Below, piece after piece: positions 8,408 to 18,000 of a stretch of 55,220 bases of DNA. The notes under the pieces were generated by a model, which ran no database searches, was not told the origin of the DNA, and saw only the letters and a program-made list of their open reading frames with translations. Source of the stretch: an uncultured Pseudomonadales bacterium. Lineage in GTDB: Bacteria > Patescibacteriota > Microgenomatia > UBA1400 > UBA12108. Where the stretch lies: contig CAZCUC010000006.1 of assembly GCA_964502225.1 (NCBI GenBank), positions 1 through 55,220 of the forward strand, in the 5' to 3' direction. A program made the position numbers and the translations under genes. How positions within the stretch are numbered: the stretch's first letter is position 1; each line of letters opens with the position of its first letter.

Positions 8408-9508
8408 TTATTGAAGCCAGGCAGCTCCATGGTCACAAATCGGATGATTTTCCAATTTTTGCAGATCATCTCGCATGAGGAGGTAATGTTCGTTGCCGGA
8501 ACATACAACTTCGATATCGTTGTATCCGACTTGATATAACATATCTGTCCAGCTTGCGCCGTAGCTTTCATGCCACATCCAATATGATGAGACTCCTGTC
8601 GGGAGGTAAATATCCTCCATGGGGTTGGGCTGGGGGTCTGATCCGGGCATGAATTCTGGTGAAGCGGGAGGCGGCGCCTGCACTACATTAGTGTTGATGA
8701 CAAAGTCAAAAGACTCAGAGTCAACACCTTGCGGGACTACGATATATAGCCAGTCTACGTCACAAAACTTTGTGCTGAACGCAATTCGACTGACAGATGT
8801 GCCTTCTGGAATCTCAACTACGTAGTTTGGGACAGTGACCGCAATGGCGAGATCTGTCCTGCCTGTTCGTAGCGCGAAGTGGTACCGCCCATAACTTTCT
8901 CGATATGTCATCCAATCTTGCGTTTGAGTGGCATAATTGTCTCCCACTAGTGGGATTGAGAGATTGGTGAAATACCATGGATCTTCGCTCCTCTCAGCTT
9001 GAGAACATGCATAGTACTTCTCATGATCGGGCCAGTCTTTAACATGAATTTCGTTGTGCGACAGAATGGTGACAGGAGTCTTGGGAGCTGGGGTAGGTTC
9101 CACTTGTGAGTCGGCAGCATCCTTGCGGGTGACTACATACTTCGATAGTTTGGTTGCGATGACTCTGAATGATTTGGTTGTTGAGCAAGTAATATCGACG
9201 ATGGGATTGACTTGTGTGAGTTGTACAAACTCGACATTGATATTCTTACCGGCAGTCACTTGCACAATTTGCTCACCTTCTTTGATGCTCGTTGATTCTG
9301 AGTCATTTGGGCCGACAAGCGTTAGATCTGTCGTAAGAAAATCTACGATTTCGATGCGATAGTCGTTGGGGCCAGCGACTGTGTAGCACGGCAAGGTGGG
9401 GGTTACAGTAGGAGCTGGCGTTGGGTACGCGTAGCCACAGGCGGATATTGCGCAAATTACAATCCATACGATCCAGTACAATTTTGATACATTTTTTGCT
9501 GTGTTCAT
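8408..9508 (-). CDS. Putative lipoprotein, function unknown
   Basis: Start moved to MNTAKNVSKLYWIVWIVICAISAC (signal peptide with a lipobox-like AISAC). A strong SD, AAGGAGAAT, lies upstream at 9512-9522. The upstream 97 codons of the track ORF overlap a divergent promoter. Confidence 0.6.
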   Translation of the reverse strand: MNTAKNVSKLYWIVWIVICAISACGYAYPTPAPTVTPTLPCYTVAGPNDYRIEIVDFLTTDLTLVGPNDSESTSIKEGEQIVQVTAGKNINVEFVQLTQVNPIVDITCSTTKSFRVIATKLSKYVVTRKDAADSQVEPTPAPKTPVTILSHNEIHVKDWPDHEKYYACSQAERSEDPWYFTNLSIPLVGDNYATQTQDWMTYRESYGRYHFALRTGRTDLAIAVTVPNYVVEIPEGTSVSRIAFSTKFCDVDWLYIVVPQGVDSESFDFVINTNVVQAPPPASPEFMPGSDPQPNPMEDIYLPTGVSSYWMWHESYGASWTDMLYQVGYNDIEVVCSGNEHYLLMRDDLQKLENHPICDHGAAWLQ

Positions 9509-9768
9509 TTTATTCTCCTTGAGTTGTTGGGTTAGTTTATTAACATCTTTCGATGTTTGACAAACTTTGCCCAACAAAGGGGAGATATAACCTATAACCG
9601 ACTTGTTAAAGAGCCTTCTGAGATCAAAATGGTAAGAGCTAATCTCACCTTTTGACTTCAAAAGTATGCGTATCCTATAGTCATGTTCATACTTAGTCAA
9701 TATATGGTGATCTACAGATATAAAACTGGTCAGGAAATATTGACGAGAGATGTGGGTATAATGGAGGG

Positions 9769-11298
9769 ATGGGAAAAGATGTTGCAGTGGTTGAGCCAAT
9801 AATTAGTGTAACAACAATCGAAAAACCAATTTTTTCAGATATTGCGAAAATTTTTGAAGCTCAATTTGGGAGTGTCAGGGAAGTGTTCCAAAAGATGGAA
9901 GGATATGACGGCCATACTGGGTACCTGAGTGACTTGACAGTTCTGCTAGATCAAATGCAAACTGAGCACTTAGATAGATTGAAAAATTTGGGTGCACGTG
10001 GCTTTAACCATGAAGAAGAATTAGAGATGCAGAGGATCACGCTTGGGGCACTGACCAAGACTAGTCTCCTTTTACAATCGTTTAAAGAAAATGCGACTGT
10101 AGACGAGATGGTGGTGAAATATCTAGGAGAAGAGATGGGTGATGATAGGGCAAAGAGTATGAATTTTGATATGGTAGAAGATCTGGAAACTGCTAGGGAT
10201 CTTAGGGCGGCATTTCCAGATTTGAAGACGGCCAATAAAATACTTGGACTAGAGCTTTTGGTACGCGGTTTGTATAACCAGAGGCAGTTACGGATTACTG
10301 ATGAACAAGCAGATGCGTGGGTTACAGAGATGTATCGCCGAATGGCGGAAAAAGCCAAGGAAAGAGCATCTTCATCAACCCATGAAGACCCCGAGATGTT
10401 AAAAGCATATACAGACACAGATAGGGCGGCGGTTTTGCTAAAAAATGCACTCACATCGCTAAAAGAAAGTGGTTTCGTTGGCAACATGCCTAGGATACTG
10501 ATTGTTGGCCCTGGACTTGGTAAAGTAGAGGGTCAAGCAATAGAAGACTGGCTTGGCGCTGATTGGTCGGAAGGCATGGCTATCGATGCAGTGGATCCAG
10601 AGCCACAAGTGGGTGCATGGGAAAAGATGAATCTGATACGGCAGACACTGGTTGAGTATGCAGACGACGAAGCCAATCAGGGCAAAGAGTACGAGGTAAT
10701 TATCTCGATTGGATCTGGTCTTCACAATGACTATTCTTTGCATGACTGGTTAGAAGAAAATATGGCTCTCACTAAGTTGTCAGCCAAAAATGCAATTGTG
10801 ATAGTAGAAGCTGGAGCGATCGATCCAGGCGAAGAAAACAAACGAAGAGGCTATGCGACTGCTTTTAATAGAGATATGGCAAAGATGATGATAGGGCTTT
10901 ATGGGCCAATTAGAGAGCATCAGTTAGACGAAAATATACCTGAGATGAATCCTGCTGTGATTATGTTTCCTAGTATAATCTACGACCTATTTGCGACCAT
11001 GTCGGAAGGTAGGCTTCTAAATTATCCCTTACAGGATCCTTTGGAGGAAAAGGCTCACATGATTCAGCTACGCGAGGAATCAAATATGAGGGCAATGAAA
11101 AGAACCGACTATGTTGCGCATCAAGATCCGTTAGAGTATCCTTTTTGGATCGTTGGAAATGTAGATGATATTCGAGGGATGTGGATTTGGCAGGCAAAGA
11201 GTGGAGATGTTGAAGGTGGTCAGGCATGGTCTGATTTACTGAAGAAAATGGAACTTTTGACTAGGCCTTACTTTGTTCCTGATCGCGTAGTAGTTTGA
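9769..11298 (+). CDS. Hypothetical protein; the C-terminal half is possibly a Rossmann/SAM-methyltransferase-like fold
   Basis: 509-aa ORF. ILIVGPGLGKVEG resembles methyltransferase motif I, followed by AIDAVDPEP, YEVIISIGSGLH and AIVIVEAG. A TATAAT box (9757-9762) lies 6 nt before the ATG. The functional call is weak. Confidence 0.55.
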   Translation: MGKDVAVVEPIISVTTIEKPIFSDIAKIFEAQFGSVREVFQKMEGYDGHTGYLSDLTVLLDQMQTEHLDRLKNLGARGFNHEEELEMQRITLGALTKTSLLLQSFKENATVDEMVVKYLGEEMGDDRAKSMNFDMVEDLETARDLRAAFPDLKTANKILGLELLVRGLYNQRQLRITDEQADAWVTEMYRRMAEKAKERASSSTHEDPEMLKAYTDTDRAAVLLKNALTSLKESGFVGNMPRILIVGPGLGKVEGQAIEDWLGADWSEGMAIDAVDPEPQVGAWEKMNLIRQTLVEYADDEANQGKEYEVIISIGSGLHNDYSLHDWLEENMALTKLSAKNAIVIVEAGAIDPGEENKRRGYATAFNRDMAKMMIGLYGPIREHQLDENIPEMNPAVIMFPSIIYDLFATMSEGRLLNYPLQDPLEEKAHMIQLREESNMRAMKRTDYVAHQDPLEYPFWIVGNVDDIRGMWIWQAKSGDVEGGQAWSDLLKKMELLTRPYFVPDRVVV

Positions 11299-12055
11299 AC
11301 AATAATTTAAAAATACTTTTTAGAGTGGTTGCAAACTCTGGGTGATCAATAATTATTGCCTGAAAATCGTTATTCTCAAAGGAGAATAAAGAGATGAGAT
11401 TGTTCCAGACGTCTATTTCTGCGGGCATGGGGTAGAGTTTGGGATCTAATAGATACACCTCTGAGAGACTTTTGGGATCTCGAGAACGGTCTTTAAATGC
11501 TTTACCTCCTTCTGTGTTGCTGTTTAGAGCATAGGTATAGATCCCCCTTTCTATACGAGCGTGGGAATATTTGTGTAACACCTCATCAAGGGTTGGCGTT
11601 GCCTTGCCCCAACCTACGCAACCATAGATTTCCTTTTTATCAGGTTTATATGTCAACTCTAAGACTTCCCTTAGTCCAGATTTGCCCTGATAGTGACTCA
11701 CAATTGGACTATCTAATACCTTTTTATAGTCATTTAGGAGGGATGGGAGTGTGTCATTAAATAGTGTGACCGCCTCGTCCACTTCTTGCTTCCGATCCAT
11801 GAGATAGGTCTTGAGCTGAGTGGGGGAGCCGACCTGGTAGTGGGAGCGACTATCCTTGATAAATTTGTGGACGAGACTACGGCGTTCGAGACTCTTGAGG
11901 ATGGTGTAAGTATTCTTTTTAAGACCAGAGTATTTTTCGAGTGTGGATGCAGGGAGGGTGCCGTACTTGAGTAAGGTTTCGTAGAGAATAGATTCTTTGT
12001 CAGATAAACCAAGCGAGATAAGGAGCTGGCGGCGGAGCTGAGTGGAGGACTTCAT
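11261..12055 (-). CDS. TrmB-like HTH transcriptional regulator
   Basis: N-terminal wHTH: LGLSDKESILYETLLKYGTLPASTLEKYSGLKKNTYTILKSLERRSLVHKF. 264 aa. Its 3' end overlaps the convergent 9769-11298 gene. Confidence 0.55.
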   Translation of the reverse strand: MKSSTQLRRQLLISLGLSDKESILYETLLKYGTLPASTLEKYSGLKKNTYTILKSLERRSLVHKFIKDSRSHYQVGSPTQLKTYLMDRKQEVDEAVTLFNDTLPSLLNDYKKVLDSPIVSHYQGKSGLREVLELTYKPDKKEIYGCVGWGKATPTLDEVLHKYSHARIERGIYTYALNSNTEGGKAFKDRSRDPKSLSEVYLLDPKLYPMPAEIDVWNNLISLFSFENNDFQAIIIDHPEFATTLKSIFKLLFKLLRDQEQSKA

Positions 12056-12187
12056 AGGTTCATTTTAGCAAGTATATTTGATCTGTCAAGATAATATGAC
12101 CATAAATAGATCTGGAGATCATGTAATATTGACGGTTATTATAAATTGCTATAGGATACGCGGAGTTAATTGTTAGAGAGGAGAAAT

Positions 12188-12652
12188 ATGAATAATCGCG
12201 AAAGTCATGTACACGGAAAAGGTTGTGGATGTGGAAAATTTGATTACGGCGAAAATGGTGCTTGTGGATATTGTGGCAATCTGAACCCAGACTTTGTGAG
12301 TAGCCGATCTAAAGATCTGGTATTAGACAGTAATGCGAATGCAGGCGATCATCCAGACTTTGAAGAAATCTTGGTGCCAGACGTGAATCCGAATGAGAAT
12401 CAGGCAAGTTGCTTGGCTCTACTAGCTGGGGCAAGCCTGGCAGTCATTGGATTTGCGTCGTTGATTGGGTCTGGAAGCATTTGGCTTACCGAAAGAGAAA
12501 GCTTGTATCAGTTTGCAGATATATTCCAGCTAGATCATGCGGTTGCACTGACTGCAGCAAGAGCCACGATGTCCACCTTGGGGATAACTGGCATGGCTGA
12601 ACTAGTATCATCGCTCTACTTCGTGGGACAAGGTTACAACTTAAATAAATAA
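12188..12652 (+). CDS. Small Cys-rich membrane protein, function unknown
   Basis: GAGAGGAG SD upstream of ATG 12188. N-terminal HGKGCGCGKFDYGENGACGYCGN (CxC...CxxC). C-terminal TM segments. Candidate promoter TTGACG(12129)-17-TAGGAT(12152). Confidence 0.55.
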   Translation: MNNRESHVHGKGCGCGKFDYGENGACGYCGNLNPDFVSSRSKDLVLDSNANAGDHPDFEEILVPDVNPNENQASCLALLAGASLAVIGFASLIGSGSIWLTERESLYQFADIFQLDHAVALTAARATMSTLGITGMAELVSSLYFVGQGYNLNK

Positions 12653-12662
12653 GGAGAAAAAT

Positions 12663-12977
12663 ATGAAGACTGCAGCGCAAGAGTACTTTAGGTCAGAATT
12701 TGCTAGATATAGGGCACCAGGTTATCAGCTATTTTGCAAGAGAAACTTACTTGGATACGAAACTATTGTCATAGAAAATGCACAAAGCCCGACTGAGGCT
12801 CTACGTGAACTTGTAGAATCCTACCAGTCTAGTGGTGAAGACGTTCATCTGATAGAGGGGGGTAGCGTAGTTCTGCCTGAGCACCGAGTGATAATAGCGA
12901 TGCAACAGCTCTGTCCTAAAGGCGTGGATAGGTCCGACACCAAGCAGCATTTACTAAGAATTGCGGCCGAGTTTTAG
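12663..12977 (+). CDS. Hypothetical protein
   Basis: AAGGAGAAAAAT SD directly upstream. 104 aa with no recognisable motif. Confidence 0.5.
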   Translation: MKTAAQEYFRSEFARYRAPGYQLFCKRNLLGYETIVIENAQSPTEALRELVESYQSSGEDVHLIEGGSVVLPEHRVIIAMQQLCPKGVDRSDTKQHLLRIAAEF

Positions 12978-13049
12978 TACCAGATCATCGAAAATATCCA
13001 GCAGGATCATCCGCTGGACAACCCGACTGAAACTGTTTAGTATTAGGGT

Positions 13050-13703
13050 ATGGAAACAGAAAATAAAAAGATTTGGGTGATTGGGCTAGGTGTTGTTTTT
13101 ACTGTGATGTTTGGGATGTGGGTCTTTAGCCCAGCGGAGGTAGTAGTGACAGGCACTGGGATGGTGTCCGTGCCAGCTACGAGCGCAACTTTTAATGTGA
13201 CAGTCAATGTGATTGCCGATTCGGCAGACGTGGCCTTGACTGATTTGCGCAAAAAGATCGAGGGAGTACGCAAGCAACTAACAGAGATGAATATCAGATC
13301 AGAGGATATTGCAGAGACGCAGATAACTCTGACTCCGGCGGCGGCAGTAGTTGCTGGGGCCAAGGGTTACCAGGCAATGACGACACTGAGCATCAAAACT
13401 ACCAATGTAGCCCAAGTCCCCGAAATGATCGTCAATATGTATGTTAGTGGAGCGACGATTGTGTCCCAACCGGTGGTGAGTGTAGAAGACCAGGACAAAT
13501 TGGAGCAAGAGGCGCTGAACGATGCATTAAAGGACGCTAAAAATAATCTGGGTATGACGGTAGGATTTAGGCCCATTCGCAAGATAGTGGGGATAGAGCA
13601 GGCTAGTAGTGGCAATACAGCAACTAGTATAAAGGCTGTGACTGACAACAAAGGATCATTTGAAGTAACTAAAGCTGTCCAGGTTCTTTATAGAGTCTGG
13701 TGA
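13050..13703 (+). CDS. SIMPL (DUF541)-like periplasmic/secreted protein
   Basis: N-terminal TM/signal segment, then VVVTGTGMVSVPATSATFNVTVNV...DLRKKIEGVRKQLTEMNIRSEDIAETQITLTP. This matches the SIMPL family pattern. Confidence 0.55.
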   Translation: METENKKIWVIGLGVVFTVMFGMWVFSPAEVVVTGTGMVSVPATSATFNVTVNVIADSADVALTDLRKKIEGVRKQLTEMNIRSEDIAETQITLTPAAAVVAGAKGYQAMTTLSIKTTNVAQVPEMIVNMYVSGATIVSQPVVSVEDQDKLEQEALNDALKDAKNNLGMTVGFRPIRKIVGIEQASSGNTATSIKAVTDNKGSFEVTKAVQVLYRVW

Positions 13704-14026
13704 GAGATGAGACCTAGTTTTTTGAGTAGGGGAGGTAGGATGAGGAGAGTAAATGCACCCTGAATAAAGTTGGTGGTGAAGGAGAGGATGAGGGTGGTCA
13801 CAAAAAGGAAATAGTTTTGTTTTTCAGTAAATTTATAGAAATGTGCCAGCGAGTAGTACATGAGGAGATAAGCGATCGTGATCTGAGAGTCGAAGATGAC
13901 AGCGAAGGTAGAGGTCTCGATATTGTTGGAGAATGCCGAAATAAAGCCAGTGGCGACGGCAGAACCTAGGTAAACGAGAACTGAGATGATGAGTAGAGCG
14001 AGAACTTTAAGGGCAGATTTGAACAT
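13688..14026 (-). CDS. Small polytopic membrane protein, function unknown
   Basis: 112 aa with 3-4 hydrophobic helices. It is the last gene of the minus-strand string that follows the giant ORF. Confidence 0.5.
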   Translation of the reverse strand: MFKSALKVLALLIISVLVYLGSAVATGFISAFSNNIETSTFAVIFDSQITIAYLLMYYSLAHFYKFTEKQNYFLFVTTLILSFTTNFIQGAFTLLILPPLLKKLGLISHQTL

Positions 14027-14091
14027 ATATCCTCCTGGGTATTTGAGTATAGTTTAATAGTAGCAAGTTTTGGGGGGAATTGCACTAGGGA

Positions 14092-14604
14092 TTAAGGAAA
14101 ACCAGTGAGTTTAGATCTACCTGACTGTGATATTTTATCATGTAAGACTCTTTCGATTGTCATAATAGGTGTTTCACCTTCGGTGTGAGTGGCTAAGCCG
14201 AGATACTTGCCAATTTGGTCAATAGTGCTGTCTGGCGCCCATGATAGGTGCTCAATTGTGGGGACTGCGTGATCAATAGTGACTGCTCTATCTCTGCTCA
14301 ATTCTGGAATAATTTGCCGTGAATGTGATCTGATGTATCCCACTGGATCCGAGTCGTATTCTGCTTGGTTAAAATCTGGCTGGAGGAAAAAGTGATTGAG
14401 AAAAGTTTGTAGTCTGTCGTTGCGCTTGTCTGAGACAATATCTGCTGGCATAATACTCACATTGAGTGCAGTTCTGCGCTCTTTGGTTTCGCCAAGTCTG
14501 TCAAACCATGAGTCTGCCAGTCTGACGAGATCTGCTCTAGTAATTTCTGGAGACATAGACGGGTTTATATTCTTTTCAACCTCAACTGTTTCTAATACTG
14601 CCAT
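14092..14604 (-). CDS. Hypothetical protein
   Basis: 170-aa ORF, co-oriented with and downstream of the giant ORF. No motif recognised. Confidence 0.5.
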   Translation of the reverse strand: MAVLETVEVEKNINPSMSPEITRADLVRLADSWFDRLGETKERRTALNVSIMPADIVSDKRNDRLQTFLNHFFLQPDFNQAEYDSDPVGYIRSHSRQIIPELSRDRAVTIDHAVPTIEHLSWAPDSTIDQIGKYLGLATHTEGETPIMTIERVLHDKISQSGRSKLTGFP

Positions 14605-14679
14605 ATAGCTCGCTTAACAACCTTATAAGATTGACTGCTAATACTTTAACAGGTTTTGTTATTATAGTCATTATGTGTA

Positions 14680-15069
14680 CTACCATTTATTAACTTTTTG
14701 TATAACTCGTTCCAAGTTTCTTTTCATCAGTAATCTGTCGATTGTGTTTACTAGGATCCTTGATCCTAGGCTATTTTCCTTATCTGGTTCCAGGATAGTT
14801 CTTAGCTCATCTGGAGTAGTATTTTTGCCTAATCCTAGTGCTTCCATTTCTGGATGAACATAGGTGAGTAAGCACGGTAAACTGTCTTGTTCGTTTACTG
14901 CTGATAAATTGAAGGTGTAATCAATAGACAATAAATCAGTTAGATGAGTGATCAGCGGGTAAATAGGATTGCTTTTGTCTTTTCCGTCCCAGTACTGCCG
15001 AAAAACGCCTCTCAGGTTTGGTGGCCAAGCTTCAATAATTGAGTCTATCTTATCTTCTTTGTATAGCAT
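14680..15069 (-). CDS. Hypothetical protein immediately downstream of the giant ORF
   Basis: 129-aa ORF that starts 22 nt after the giant ORF stop, so it is likely co-transcribed. Confidence 0.5.
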   Translation of the reverse strand: MLYKEDKIDSIIEAWPPNLRGVFRQYWDGKDKSNPIYPLITHLTDLLSIDYTFNLSAVNEQDSLPCLLTYVHPEMEALGLGKNTTPDELRTILEPDKENSLGSRILVNTIDRLLMKRNLERVIQKVNKW

Positions 15070-15091
15070 AACATGACTTCTATTTCTTCTT

Positions 15092-18000
15092 CTACTTACC
15101 TAATATTCTAAGGTTAATAATTCTGTCGAGAGTTTTAAGATTAGAGCTATTGTGAGGAATGATAAATTGTCTAGTACGGCTATTCTTGTCAGCGTATACG
15201 TGAGTGACGGCTCTATTATCGGATGTGCCTATGCTTGCATTTGGACTAATTGGGTCGATATATACGATATGATTATCTGGAGTAACTATTATGTTGCCAA
15301 CCCAGATATCGTTCCAAGGGAGATTTTTGGTGTCCAGGATATTTGCAAAATTGATAATCTCTTGCATTAGGGAATCAGATAATCTGTCGTTGTTTTGCAG
15401 ATATTCTTCCAGAGTGATTCCGGGAATGTAATCTAGTACATATCCTACTAGGTTTTCGCTCTCTTTGAAATGAATTAAACTCTGAGCATTGGCAAAATAT
15501 TGCAATTGACTATTCTCTAGCTTGCCTTCGATATATTTCAAGTATTGGAACTCTTCTATTGTGAGATTGTATGCTTCTGGATTATTTTTTGCTATTTTGA
15601 CTACTACTTCTTTGCTAGTTAAGTTATTTGTAGCTAGATATACATCTCCATACGCACCTCCACCCAAGTGTTTTGTTATTGTAAACTGGTTGCTTTCGCT
15701 GTCTACTACAATAGCGGATTTTTCATTCACTTGATCTGCAGTAATAATAGGTATGTCGATGAAAGTCGGGATATTTGAGGGTTTAAATCCTGAGTTAAGC
15801 ATCAATTTGTTCTCTTTGATCATGTCGCTAATTGCTGATAGTGGTTTTTTCTCTAGGTAAGTCATTAATAGTTGTCGTCTATATTTTTTAATGGCATCTA
15901 GGTTTGCGATTAGGGATTCATCTCCAGTACTAACTATTAATTGTGCCTCGTTGTACGCCAGATCCTTGGCCAGCTTGTTGTCTTCGTTGTTGTAAGTCTG
16001 GAGATCTGTGTCGCCTGTGAGTAATTTCTCTATGGCAGTTTGGTAGTCAGTTTTTTTGGTAGTGAGCTCCTCTTGGGAAGTGATGACTCTGATTGTGATT
16101 AGACCGTTGCCAAACTCAGTTTGATTGGCATTCATCTTGGCGAGGACGTCTTTTTTATTTTCTTTGGTTAAATCAGCAATGAACTTGGCTAGTTGGAGAT
16201 ACTCTTGTTGGTTGAATAGTTGAGTGATATGGCGATGGGTTTCTGATCCAATAACTTCGATCCTAAATGATCCATCGGGGTTTAGTGTGAAAGTAGGGTT
16301 GTTGCCACTAATACGACCGACATTGAATGACCATTGTTGAGGATCGAGTTGGGTGGCAGCCAGGATGAGTGCGGTTTTGTCGTCAGGACCCCAGTCTGGG
16401 TTGTCCCGAATACTCTTTATGAGTGCTTGCTTGGTTTGATCAATCAAAATCTGGTATTGAGGATCATCTTTGGGGATTGTCTCTCCAATAGCCTTTAGGA
16501 TGCGCATGGCTTTGAGTGACTCAGGATAGCCATAGAGAAGCTCTGGAAGCTTAGTTTCGAAGGCATGGGTGTTGTCGGCAATGGTGACAGCAGAGAGGAT
16601 GAGATCTCTGATGTCTGAACTGGCTAGATTAATAGGAGCAATATCGTGTTTGAGGATAGCTTCATGAATAATGGCTACTTGCTCTTTGTTGAATAGGCGA
16701 GAAAGGGGATGGTTGAGGTTGTTTTCTAGTTGTTCACGGAAATATCTGGCAGAGAGGACGTTGTGGCCGTTGTCGATGCCGAAGCGACTGGTGTTGATCC
16801 CCTCACGAACAGTGGGGTTGGTATATCCTAGGTCATGTCGATCTTGGATAACCATCGCTGCAAGATAGTCGATGGCCTTAATGTCTTTGCCTTGAGCTTT
16901 GAGTTTGTCGAGAATGTCAAAAGTGACTTTGGTATTGTGTTCAAATAAGTGACGCAGGCCATGATCCCCCAGGAGATTCTCGGTATCGACATAGTCTTGG
17001 TATGCCAGAAGGTGGATTTCTTCGATGAGCATGGACTGAATCTCTTGCATGGAGATGGAACCTGGACCTGAGAGCTTGACGCTTCCTGCAGCGATAGCTT
17101 CTTCCATCTTGCCTAGATAGAGGTTGATGAAGTCGTGGAGGAGGGCATGTTTGACAGAATTGTTCCGCTTTTGATAATTGTCCATAAGCCTGTCAGCTTC
17201 TATAAGTGCATGTTGCTTGATGTCATTGATCTGCATATTTTGAGTAGAGACAATTTTCACAGGCTTGATATAGGATGTCATGGCAGCTTGATGGACTTTT
17301 TGGCTTGACGAAGCTGCGTTGTTGTAAATATCATAGAGGTCTTTGGCATCGGTACGAGAGGTGACATAAGCTCTTTCACTCGTGCTCATTTGCGAAGATT
17401 GGATGGGGGTAAGTGAGGGAGTAGAGAGACCACTTCGCAAGTTGGTTAATGTAGGATTGATGCTTTTGATCCAGATGATGAAATCTTCATAATTATCGCC
17501 AATAAATGAGAATATAGTGCTATATGGTTCTGGAAGTAGTTCTACCGTATCTGGTAGATCAGCAATAAATTTGGTTATTGGCTCGGCAAATTTTATTCCC
17601 AGATATAAGAACTTGTTGAGCTTGATTGGTGGTTTTTCGACCTTGACAGGAATGAGTGATTCTCGTGGAGTATTGTTCTGATTATTTTGTGCATAATACT
17701 CCTCAAATAACTGTCTTCTCTTGGCCTTGATGGTGGATATCTCTAGGAGGACTGAGCTGTCGTCTGGAACGGTAACGAGGAGGGCTTCTTGGTACGCCAG
17801 ATCCTTGGCCAGCTTGTTGTCTTCGTTGTTGTAAGTCTGGAGATCTGTGTCGCCTGTGAGTAATTTCTCTATGGCAGTTTGGTAGTCAGTTTTTTTGGTA
17901 GTGAGCTCCTCTTGGGAAGTGATGACTCTGATTGTGATTAGACCGTTGCCAAACTCAGTTTGATTGGCATTCATCTTGGCGAGGACGTCTTTTTTATTTT

